A stretch of DNA of 64,000 nt, taken from contig NC_043000.1 of the NCBI RefSeq assembly GCF_006345805.1, positions 149,048,001 through 149,112,000 of the forward strand. The letters run 5' to 3'. Position 1 is the stretch's first letter. Every line of letters starts with the position of its first letter. Source of the stretch: Octopus sinensis. Its lineage: Eukaryota. Below are positions 1 through 10,985 of this stretch, in pieces. A model generated the notes under the pieces. That model had not been told where the DNA came from. It ran no database searches and saw only the letters and a program-made list of their open reading frames with translations. A program made the position numbers and the translations under genes.

Positions 1-232
1 CTATTTCTTTACTACCCACAAGGGGCTAAACACAGAGGGGACAAACAAGGACAGACAAATGGATTAAGTCGATTATATCGACCCCAGTGCTTAACTGGTA
101 CTTATTTAATCGACCCCAGAAGGATGAAAGGCAAAGTTGACCTAGGCGGAATTTGAACTCAGAACGTAGCGGCAGACGAAATACTGCTAAGCATTTCGCC
201 TGGCGTGCTAACGTTTCTGCCAGCTCGTCGCC
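1..232 (-). mobile_element. tRNA-derived SINE, family A
   Basis: Reverse complement reads GGCGACGAGCTGGCAGAAACGTTAGC...GAGTTCAAATTCC (B-box-like)...CTTTCATCCTT...GGGTAGTAAAGAAATAG; more than 10 near-identical copies in the window. Confidence 0.9.
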
Positions 233-471
233 ACAACCATATACCAAACCAGCTTGGTAGTAACGCTTTGAATTTCTACACAACAGAAGTTGTTACTACA
301 AGGTCGTTGCTGGACAAACCACTTTGTTAATATTTGGACTTTTTTTTTGGTCTCATATATTTCTTTGCACTAATAAATGATGATTTAAAATTTTCATCAA
401 CATTATATTTGAAAGAAAATGAGTTTGTCTTTAGTTTGGCTTATGTTAAAAAATCACCTGCTGTTTAATAC

Positions 472-694
472 CTATTTCTTTACTACCCACAAGGGGCTAA
501 ACACAGAGAGGACAGACAAACAAATTAAGTCGATTATATCGACCCCAGTGTGTAACTGGTACCCAATTTATCGACCCCGAAAGGATGAAAGGCAAAGTCG
601 ACCTCGGCGGAATTTGAACTCAGAACGTAACGGCAGACGAAATACGGCTACGCATTTCGCCCGGCGTGCTAACGATTCTGCCAGCTCGCCGCCT
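472..694 (-). mobile_element. SINE family A copy
   Basis: Same consensus as 1-232; flanked by imperfect direct repeat ctgtttaatacc / ctgttcaatacc. Confidence 0.9.
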
Positions 695-851
695 TAAATA
701 CTGTTCAATACCATACTCTTCACGAACCTTCGTTTCCGAAGTACTGAATTCGAAAGTACAAAAAGCAAAATTAATCTTGAGTTTAACCAAGCTTGCCGCC
801 TGACTTTGGTATCTGGAGGTGCTTCAGAATACTCTGAATGGGCACTACTAA

Positions 852-1155
852 TCTATATATATAAAACTGTAGTTGTGTGAGTGTCTGTCCCCTTCGATTT
901 AGATTCCTAACTACTCCCACATTTTGCGGTGCAGTGTAACCAAAACCGGGTATCTTATAGTCGTGATTCATATCGAGCCCTTCTGGGTATTAGCGCGCGT
1001 CTACGATGAGTCTACGATAAATAAAAAAAAATTACCATAATTTTTTCCTATTTTTAATGCATTTTTTTGATATTATATAAGGGAAGTAACTCTCTAAAAA
1101 TGCTTATATAGTTATTTCCCTTACAAACCCGAGCAACGCCGGGCGATACTGCTAG
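852..1155 (+). mobile_element. Non-autonomous Helitron, family H1
   Basis: A|TC start, 3' hairpin CCCGAGCAACGCCGGG followed by CTAG|T, no TSD; six related copies in the window. Confidence 0.85.
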
Positions 1156-1399
1156 TTAGTAATAATGCTAAAGTGAATTTGCGAAATAAGTGTGTCACTG
1201 TAAATCTGAAGGTGAACCAATGACGAGTGAGGGGTGGGGATGGGTGCCGTACAGTGGACCCCCTTAGCGACGGGTATGAATTTAACAATTATAGACACTT
1301 AAAGTTTAACGGTTGAAAATTTGTGATTAATGTTTTTGGCGCTTCTTCGTTTCCTGTTATTCATAAAAACGAAAGTACTTTACCAGAAATAGGTGTTTT

Positions 1400-2368
1400 C
1401 CAGAAGGCTGAGGGTGTTTTAGCATCACCCAGAAAGATCTTTGCCAGCTACTCTCCAGCTATCTATTGAAAACTGTGTATTACTATGGTACGTCCACCCT
1501 TAGAGTTTGCATCACCAATTTGGAACACCTATTTTGCTCAGCATATCAGTTTCCTGGAAACTGTTCAGAAACGTGCAACCAAACGAATACCCGCCGTCAG
1601 GCATCTACCATACTCTGAAGTCTTGCTTCCCTGGGCATGTACACATTATAGCTCAGATATCTAGCAACTCACTTGGCAGACACCCACAAGATTATCTACC
1701 ATCTTTCCAACAACAACCTTGGAAACCTTTTTGAATTCCATTTGTCAAACACTCGTGGATATGCTTACAAAATCAAGAAAACAACACAGCAGCCATAACG
1801 TCCGGAAACATTTTTTCACGCTCAGAATTGATGAAGCATGGATAGCATCAATAGTTAACTGTTGAGACACAGCAGCCTTCAAAACTTCCAGGATCTTTCC
1901 GGTTTGAACGGCAGTTTTTAAAAATAATTTCCACATAACTAAACACTTTTAAACTTTGTATACTGGTAGAATGTGTTTATAAAACATCTTTTTCTCTTAG
2001 CTTTATTGAGAAAATTCTATAGTTTGTAAGATATTTGTTGTTTGTTTTCTTCAATTTCTGCAATTTCAACCAATTTCAATGACATCTATTGAGGTGAAAA
2101 CATTCTGTGCCGTATGAATATGTCCCTCGTTTAAGAAACAGATTGGGTTTATTTACATTTCTGAAGAAAAAAAGATACCCTTCCCCCACCCCTAACCCTA
2201 ACCCTAACTCTAACCCCAACCCTAAAACAGATTGAAATGCAATAGATCGATAGTAGGGTCATAATTATGGGTGACAATTTCATATGACACCGCTAGAAAA
2301 AACTGCCGTTCAAACCGAAAAGACCCAACTTCCATGCTTCCTGAAATTCACCAACAGTACACTTGATG
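1400..2368 (+). pseudogene. Decayed CR1-type LINE ORF2 3' fragment, split by a MITE
   Basis: Translates to MVRPPLEFASPIWNTY...LETVQKRATKRIP and NTRGYAYK...RKHFFTLRIDEAW, typical CR1 post-RT motifs; frameshifted. Confidence 0.8.
1891..2326. mobile_element. MITE with GG-starting TIRs and 8-bp TSD (Merlin-like)
   Basis: TIRs GGATCTTTCCGGTTTGAACGGCAGTTTTT / AAAAACTGCCGTTCAAACCGAAAAGACCC; TSD AACTTCCA at 1883-1890 and 2327-2334; internal (CCTAAC)n. Confidence 0.85.
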
Positions 2369-2771
2369 TCACATTCTTTTTCTTTTGTTGAAGTTCACCT
2401 GAGCAATGAATGCAACAGTTTCACTATTATTAAAAGCTGAAAGTGTTTCTCCCACTGGGAAAACCCCCACCCCAAAACAATAAGAAGTTGAAACTGTTTT
2501 GGCGGGCGAAAAGTGAAAGTGTTTGACAGCTATGTACTTTACTCTTGACTCATCAGAAACAGCTAAGTGTGAGACTGAAGCCATTCTCTTTGACATGTTC
2601 CTCTGCAGCCCCTTCTTCACCGCATAAAAATTCACATCTTCAAAACCTTCAAGTGACCCATTCATAGCTGCGTTGCAATAATTCAGGCTAAGAAATGTGG
2701 CCTACAACGCTTGAAGAAAATCGTACATACCTACACACAGGGCGTCACTTACCGAGTATTACAAGTCTGCC

Positions 2772-3523
2772 GGTGAGCTGGCAGAAACGTTAGCACGCCG
2801 GGCGAAATGTTTAGAGGTATTTCGTCTGTCGCTACGTTCTGAGTTCAAATTCCGCCGAAGTCGACTTTGCCTTTCATCCTTTCGGGGTCGATTAAATAAG
2901 TACCAGTTACGCACTGGGGTCGATATAATCGACTTAATCCGTGTGTCTGTCCTTGTTTGTCCCTTCTGTGTTTAGCCCCTGGTGGGGAGTAAAGAAATAG
3001 GTATTTCGTCTGCCACTACGTTCTGAGTTCAAATTCCGCTGAGGCCGACTTTGCTTTCATTCTTTCGGGGTCGATTAAATAAGTACAAGTTACGCACCGG
3101 GGTCGATATAATCGACTTAATCCGTTTGTCTGTCCTTGTTTGTCCCTTCTGTGTTTAGCCCCTTGTGGGTAGTAAAGAAATAGGTATTTCGTGTGCCGCT
3201 ACGTTCTGAGTTCAAATTCCGCCGAGGTCGACTTTGCTTTCACCCTTTCGGGGTCGATTAAATAAGTACCAGTTACGCACTGGGGTCGATATAATCGACT
3301 TAATCCGTGTGTCTGTCCTTGTTCGTCCCCTCTGTGTTTAGTCCCTTGTGGGTAGTAAAGAAATAGGTATTTCGTCTGCCGGGGTCGACTTTGCCTTTCA
3401 TCCTTTCGGGGTCGATTAAATAAGTACCAGTTACGCACTGGGATCGATGTAATCGACTTAATCCCTTTGTCTGTCCTTGTTTGTCCCCTCTATGTTTAGC
3501 CCCTGGTGGGCAGTAAAGAAATA
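2772..3523 (+). mobile_element. SINE family A tetramer (one head, tandem bodies)
   Basis: One A-box head, then ~183-bp bodies joined at AAAGAAATAG|GTATTTCGT at ~3000, ~3183 and ~3366; the last unit is internally deleted. Confidence 0.85.
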
Positions 3524-3945
3524 AGAAACGTTAGCACGCCGGACGAAATGCTGAGCGGCATTTCGTCCGTCTTTACGATTTGAGTTCAAATTTCACCGTG
3601 TCGACTTTGCCTTTCAGCTTTTGCGGGATCAATAAAATAAGTATTACCTGATTACTCGGGTCGATGTAATCAACTTACCCCTGTCCATGGAATTGCTGGC
3701 CTTGTGCCAAATTTGAAACCAGTATTAAGGCGGAGAGCCGGCAAAATCGTTAGCACACCGGGCAAAATGCTTAGAAGCATTTCGTCCGTCTTTACGTTCT
3801 GAGTTCAAATTCCGTTGATATCGACTTTGCATTTCATCCGTTGCAGGGTCGACAAAATAAGTACCAGTTGAGCACTGGAGTCAATGTAATCGATTTAAAC
3901 CTTCTCCAAACTGGCTGGCCTTCGACCACAGTTTGAGACCAATAT
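3524..3945 (+). mobile_element. Two older SINE A-related copies with an alternative 3' tail
   Basis: Same head and core as family A but ending ...GGCCTTGTGCCAAATTTGAAACC; related copies at 8215-8425 and 55350-55495 (minus). Confidence 0.75.
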
Positions 3946-4408
3946 TTTGCTCTGTTTGCGAGCGTACTCACGTACATTTGGACTTGAATACAAATACTGT
4001 TCTTTGTGTACACACCAACACAAATATCAAAATATTCCCTTTGTTTTCTCGAACATTCTTTTTTACACATTTTCCAACACACCTGACGTGCATGACCATA
4101 CAAACACCTGGTTGTTTTCATTCATTCTGTTGACAATAATTTTCACCTTGCGATCCAGTTCATATCGAATATGTGGTAGCTTTAGTTTAACCCTTTAATA
4201 TTTAATCCGGCTGTATCCGGCCCAAATATTCTACCCGTTTTATGTTAAAACTGACAGTATCCAACCTCTCACACCTACTCTACAATATCATTCTAAAAAA
4301 TATACCAACACACCATTGAAATTTTCAAGTTACAAGATAATGCGTGCTTAATTCAAAGCAATGTGAATAAATAAGCAATACATTTGTCAAAGGAATCTGA
4401 ATGTTAAA

Positions 4409-4716
4409 TCTTTATATATAAAACTTCAGTTGTGTGTGTGAGAGTCTGTCTCCTACGATTTAGATTCCTAACTACTCCCACATTTTGCGGTGCAGTTTAA
4501 CCAAAACCGGGTATCTTATAGTCGTGATTCATATCGAGCCATTCTGGGTATTAGCGCGCGTCTACGATGAGTCTACGATTTAAAAAAAAAATTACCATCA
4601 TTTTTTCGTTCTTAATGCATTTTTTACTCGGTTTTATATAAGGGAAGTAACTCTCTAAAAATGCTTATATAGTTATTTCCCTTACAAACCCGAGCAACGG
4701 CGGGCGATACTGCTAG
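4409..4716 (+). mobile_element. Non-autonomous Helitron H1
   Basis: A|TC...hairpin...CTAG|T; near identical to 852-1155. Confidence 0.85.
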
Positions 4717-5444
4717 TATAACAATATTCAAGTTTCTACAGTCCACTTGTACAACTTCTCAGGCGTATCGTGCAGACCCACATAGATTGATGTGAATGCA
4801 CACAGTTTCATGGTTTATTTTTCTCCTTCCTCGTTTATACACCATCCATAATACGCTCACATCGGATTGTTTTCTTGACCTTCATTGGTTTAAGTAACCT
4901 ATTTCTCGCATAAATGTTTTCGTTGTTTAGATGGTGCAGGTCGTTATGAGCCACCTAATATGACTCTCAACAGGCTGTAATTTCGCTGGTAGTAAACTCG
5001 GATGAAAAACATATACAAGCGAGGTTGCAACTTAAACACGCTTATTGTGGCCACACGTATATACACAATGGAATGATAAATAGAATGGTTGGTGTGTAAA
5101 GGCCATGGTCTTCTGTGCTTTACTTCTATGGTGGGTGTTGAGAGAGGCTAGACCACATCTTTACAGTTCGAGGTCCCAGTGCAGAAAGAGAAAGAGATGA
5201 GGTCACATGTCTGAACCTTAAAGTTGTGTAACGCCCTCTATCTCTATATGCACAGACACGCACACCTTTACACGCAGACACACACGTACGCGCGTACGCA
5301 CACACACACACATTGCACATTTATGTATACAGTAGTCCAGATTGTTCCACCTGGTACATTAAAACTACATTAGTATTCTCTTATCTTTACGTTTATGAAT
5401 TTATGTTGCAAAACTCCTGATGTGAAACCGTGAGTTGAAACAGA

Positions 5445-6775
5445 GGTTCTATTCCATCTCAATCACAGATTTTTAGATTAATTTTTTAACTAAATAGAAT
5501 TTGTCACGCAGAACACGGTTTACTCTGAACGTTTATGACAAAATTTCGTATTTTAGAAGTTATTTCGTGTTAAAGTTGTCGTATTTGGGTAATTTCAACC
5601 AATCAACAACGTGTATTCAGTTGAAGAAAGCTACTGCTGTTTACGATAGTAATCGAAGAGGAACAACTTCCAAGTCATCTCTGCTAAATGTCATTACTCT
5701 GTTCGAAGAATCAACACCAAGAAGAAAGAAATATTTACATATATTTATTCGTTTGTCCGATATCGGTGTTTTATCCATACATAAAGCGCGCCGGTGTTTA
5801 AAAGACCTATAGAGCAACAAGTTCGCAGCTAGCTTTTTTGTTGTTGACGTATATGTAGTTTCAAAATGCCTTATGTTACAACTATGAGATGCATAGTTAA
5901 TGTCATGATTTTATCTTACTATAATCAACAACAAACATTTTTTCAGTGTAAAGTCTTTATTAGATAAAAAATAACATTATCAAAATATGAAGGTGAAACA
6001 AAACAAATAGCGGCTGCTTATACACCGGAAAATACGGTAATTGTAGTGGCAGTGACAAGCTCGCTCGCTGGTTGCTAGTTGATAGTATAGAAGGGAGGGA
6101 AAGAGTCGAATACACGTCGTTGATTGGTTGAAATTACCCAAATACGACTACTTTAACACGAAATAACTTCTAAAATACGAAATTTTGTCAAAAACGTTCA
6201 GAGTAAACCGTGTTCTACGTGAGAAATTCTATCAGTATTCGAAGTTTCAAACTGTTTAGTTAAAAAAAAAAATCAAGGCAAGACTTCCGCTCGTCTTCCC
6301 CCCACCCCAACTGACCCTTTAAAAAAAATTTATTATTTTTTTTCGACACAAACCCATCCTTTTTGACTACGGGGAATACGAATCTGCAAAAAAAAATTGG
6401 CAAAAATTGGTATTTTTAAATTACCATCCCCACCCCTATTTCCTTAAGTTTTTTTACTTTGATCAGAATTTTTTTTCAAAATATGCGGAAAAATACGGAG
6501 ATTATGATTCGGACAAAAATTTCAAAACATTTCTGTAGTTACGGTTAGGGTTAGGGTTAGTGTTGGGGAAAAAACTCAAAATTGAAGAATTTGGGTGGGG
6601 GAAAGAGGGGTAAGAAAATTAACAATACCGATATTTGGCAATTTTCCGGAACCTCCGTATCCCAAAATTTTTGCCAAAAAAATAAATAAAAAATTGGGAG
6701 AAAATGGGTGGGGGGACGGGCGAAAGTCTTTCCAAAATCAATTTTAAAAATCTGTGATCGAGATGCAATAGATCC
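5445..6775. mobile_element. Long-TIR non-autonomous DNA transposon with nested inserts
   Basis: ~170-bp inverted repeats (5445-5618 versus 6108-6276 plus 6742-6775), GG termini; no TSD recognisable. Confidence 0.75.
6277..6733. mobile_element. Nested Merlin-like MITE
   Basis: TIRs GGCAAGACTTCCGCTCGTC / GACGGGCGAAAGTCTTTCC; 8-bp TSD AAAATCAA (6269-6276, 6734-6741); internal (TTAGGG)n. Confidence 0.8.
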
Positions 6776-7722
6776 GTTTCGGATATTGTTGTATTTCGGG
6801 ATGGTTATTTTCTTTTAATTTTTTTTTGACAGAGAAACACAAGCTCTATATTTTCGTTTTTCACTCGTTTATTATAGTTGTTATTTTTACTCGTGAATAA
6901 GAACAGTAATAAACGAGTGTAGAACGAATATATAGTGCGTGTGTTTATTTGGCAAAAAAAAATGACCGTCCTGAAATACAATATTTCTTATCGTTTGTTG
7001 TTTATAGACCATTTCTCTGTAGAACCTGTCATCACCAGTAACACAGAATGATATACATGTATCCTGATTTCGTTCATTGTTACATATCCGGCTGTCTGCA
7101 ATGGCAGTAATGTAGCAGATCTCTACATCCCTTTGGAACAAAGTCTTTTTTTTTTTACTTCGAGTCAGAACATTTTTGAGAAACAACTGGGACACATAAA
7201 ATTAACGACATTAGTAAAACACACGACTCAATGACGCCCAACAACTACACATAAAAATCACTGAGTGATGTTAGCAGAAAACTGAACACTGTTATTCCTC
7301 AAACTTATTTAATGACGTCAACATTAAATTAACCAATCAAGGTTGTTGGTTGCAAATAAACCCAAGCTTTCATCAAAGCAAAAAAAGAGGGAGAAGCAAA
7401 AGAAAAGAATGTAGCAAAGCGTTCACGTCAACCCCTATTTGACTGTCAGCTGTTTGATTTGAGTTTTTGCGGTACAAACGACCTGGAGTTGTTACCAACT
7501 TAAAAACTACACCAAAGTAGATGGCCTTTGCGTTCTCTCTCTCTGCCCGCCCTTTCTTCCCTGTCTCCCTTTCTCTTTCATTGTCATAATTACGGAACCA
7601 GTCCAATACGACATCGCTTTTTCATTTCTTGTAGTTCTCTATTGTACCGTCATGTCTGATATTATCTTACAAAAAAAGAGAGACTTAGAATTTCGTCTTC
7701 TCATTCATCCAAACATCACTTC

Positions 7723-7758
<36 letters not shown>

Positions 7759-8967
7759 CGCCTCGTTCAACCAGATATTATTTAGTTGACTGGCAAATAC
7801 GTTCACTGAATTTGCACACTATCACCTCTTCAGCCTACCCACCCACCTGATACCCTTAATTCACTTCCTTTCGTCAGTCAGCCTTCAAAACTCGTATTTC
7901 ATTCTTTCCTTCTCTTTCATCCAGGAAATACAGTTCTATGGAAATCTCATCTTACCGACATCAATTGCATCGGCCTTACACCTCAGAGGTGGACGGAGCA
8001 GGAAAAGAGCCTTGGGAAGAAATTTAGTGAGAAGAAACCTCTCAAAATTCAAGAAGGCTGGGAAGATAATTTTACAAGCGACAGCTCTGGCAGATAGTCA
8101 TGAGTCCCTTCTCGTCTTTCCAAGTTCTGGATCGTTCCACCAACTGGACCCCTCTCATATACGACCTGGCTTTTTTCCTGCAAAAGTACAGTTTGAGTTT
8201 GACTCAATATATTAGTTTCAAACTTTGGCAAAAGGCCAGCAATTTGGAGGTAGGGGTAAATCAAATTACATCAACCCCAGGGTTCACGTGGTACTTATTT
8301 TACCGATCCCGAAAGATGAAAGGCAAAGTCGTCCTCAGCGGCATTTGAACTCAGAATGTAAAGACAGACAAAATGCTGTTATGGTATTTTGTCTGGAATG
8401 CCAACAATTCTGCCAGCAAGCCACTTTAGTTTGACACAATATATTATTGGTACAATATTGAATTGGAAATCACATCAGATATCCGAAAAGATCTAACAGT
8501 AATTCTTAACCCGTTCAGTAGTACCTGCCCCCTTGGAGAGTTGTGAGCTTGCTAGAAAGCGGCAGATGCCGAGGAATTGTTATAGACACATTGAATAGTT
8601 GATGGGCTATGATTTCTTAAGAAATAAAATATCTAAACCAGGTACAATATTTTAAATAAATTTTCAAAAAAAAAAAAAGCTAAAAAATCCATCATTGTCG
8701 GGATCATAATATGAAGAAAAAAACCATCTATGTCGGGATCAAAATTAAAAAAACAGAAACATGATTTGTAGTGCACCAAAATTTGATGCAGTTTCGTATT
8801 TGCCTTAAATAATTTTCACTCAAATTTAACATAAGGGATAGTAGTCCACGTAAATATGAAAAAAAGCGGTACATATTGGATGGAGCACTTAAAGAGAATA
8901 TAGGTTATAAATTACAGCGCAAAATTAACTTTTGCGTTTTTTTTTGTTTTTGCAAAATATGGGAAAG

Positions 8968-9136
8968 AGGGAGAGATAGAGAAAGAGAGAGAGAGGAGTG
9001 AGCGAGAGCAAGAGAGAGAGAGAGCGAGAGAGCGAGAGAGAGAGAGAGAGCGAGTGATAGAGAGAGAGAGGGGGAGTGAGAGAGAGAGAGAGAGGGAGTG
9101 AGAGAGAGAGGGGGAGTGAGAGACAGAGAGAGAGAG

Positions 9137-9177
<41 letters not shown>
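8968..9177. repeat. (AG)n microsatellite
   Basis: Direct inspection. Confidence 0.95.
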
Positions 9178-9474
9178 AAAGTCAATAGGGCTCTTGATAA
9201 CAATTTAAGAGCTTCGGCGCTCGTATTGTTAAAACTGTTCTACTGTTCGTAGTAAAAAACCCTTATCTTTCTTCCGCATGACCAACCACCATTACGTGTA
9301 TCCTCTCTGCAGCTATTTTAGCATGCACTACATGTCAAATTTGGGAGCAGAACATGTTCTCAATCCGACAGTTAATCAATGCATTTGGCTGTGCTTCAAA
9401 CCACCAATACTGCATTTAGCTTTGAAAATTGTAAACAGTCATCACATAAGGTCCTTCACTTTCAAATTTGAGTA

Positions 9475-10324
9475 CCGTAAATCTTCGAGTATAATCCGCA
9501 TTCCCCCTCCACCCCATAAATTTAAAGGTCAAAATCCCTAGTGCGTACTATATACGAGGTTAAAAACGAAAAATATTTTCTCAGCAATGTCCGAGTCTCT
9601 ATTTGCTGTCCGGCAATGTTTACTCAGACGCATTTTGTGATGTTGGGCGCGAAAATACCTTAAGCTAAGCCTGAAAGCAATGAAGTCATAAAAGAATCAT
9701 CCATAACTTGCAGTAAGCAACATTTATTAAAATAAAAGTATTCAGAACATAGAATAACATGTAACAAAAACAATTTGCAAACATATTTACATTCCCATAT
9801 AACAGTTAAGAACATCATCATTATTGTATTACGCATGCGGCGGAAGTGTTTGTTCGACTAGGTGCTGCTGGCTTAATTATGCACGAATTGTGCTTAATAG
9901 TTTAGCGCTAAATACTTCATCCTGCTGTTTGTATTGACAGTTTGCATCATTACCGTGGCAAACAATAGATACTTAATTAAATACCAGTATTAAATGTTTG
10001 AACTACTGTGGGTCTTTACTAGGGTGTTTTATAAGCGGGACTTAAACCTGTACGTTAACCTCTAATAAAACATTTTATACATTACATGCCCATAAAATGC
10101 CTCGTAGATATTATTCAGCGATGTTTAAACTTGAAGTTATATCATATGCTGAATGGCGTTACCGTATACATTTTTACAAACCAAGGACGTTATATAGACC
10201 TCCTTGACGCAAGTTAGGGAAGGGGTGCGTATTATACACAAGGTTTAGGCTTTTCAGAGGTACAGCCCCCTAAAAATCCCCTGCATATTATACTCAAGGG
10301 CGGACTATGCTCGAGGATTTACGG
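9475..10324. mobile_element. Non-autonomous Tc1/mariner-superfamily (pogo-like) element
   Basis: TIRs CCGTAAATCTTCGAGTATAATCCGC / GCGGACTATGCTCGAGGATTTACGG, each flanked by TA. Confidence 0.85.
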
Positions 10325-10604
10325 TATGCGAAATGGCACTTTTGTTTAAGTAGCGAGGTTCAGAATTGAAATAGCGTTAGCCCAGTAACGAGGAATAGGC
10401 TACGGCATATCAGGTAATAGCGGCCTAATTGCCAGTTTACGATATTTCATCTGCAATTATTCGATCGTACAGTTTGAAGTGGAATTTTCTATGGTTTTCC
10501 TGCCGTAATATGGCCATAAATATAGAAGCGCAGGAAATCAGGGTATAGGTTTCAGGAGTTCCTGAGAGGACAGAATTCTTGGTCGCTGCTCAACCCCAGG
10601 TTAA

Positions 10605-10985
10605 TCATCATCATCATTGTTCGACCGTGGTCGAGACAATGAAATTTACCATGCTACGCCAGACTTCACGGTCCATCATGGCATTACGGAGGTCCTGTTG
10701 CTGGATGGCTGTATCCCTGGAGATTACATCAGGGTAGGAGAGTGTGCGCCCTCTGGCATTGCGAGTAGATGGCTTCCAGAGGAGAAGAGTAGAAATTACT
10801 TCTTTTTCAGCTCTACAACAATGTCCAGCAAACTGACACAGGTGGTAGTTTCCCATATATTTGCATTTTGGTTGGATGGCGCTTCCACGAGAGATTTTGA
10901 GCTCTCATAAGGAGGCGAGTGTAGGTTCCATCCAACCGCCTCTCAAGCTTCTTTGATAGCGTCCAGGTTTCTGAGCCATATATAT
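10605..10985 (-). pseudogene. RTE-clade LINE 3' fragment
   Basis: YGSETWTLSKKLERRLDGTYTRLL...FAGHCCRA...LLLWKP...RGR...AMMDREVWR followed by a (TGA)n tail. Confidence 0.85.

Noticed and set aside
2190-2225. True telomere or chromosome fusion scar
   Set aside because: Only a few degenerate units, inside a TIR/TSD-bounded MITE.
5412-5445. Hammerhead-like CTGATGT GAAAC
   Set aside because: The core lacks the conserved A and there is no stem II.
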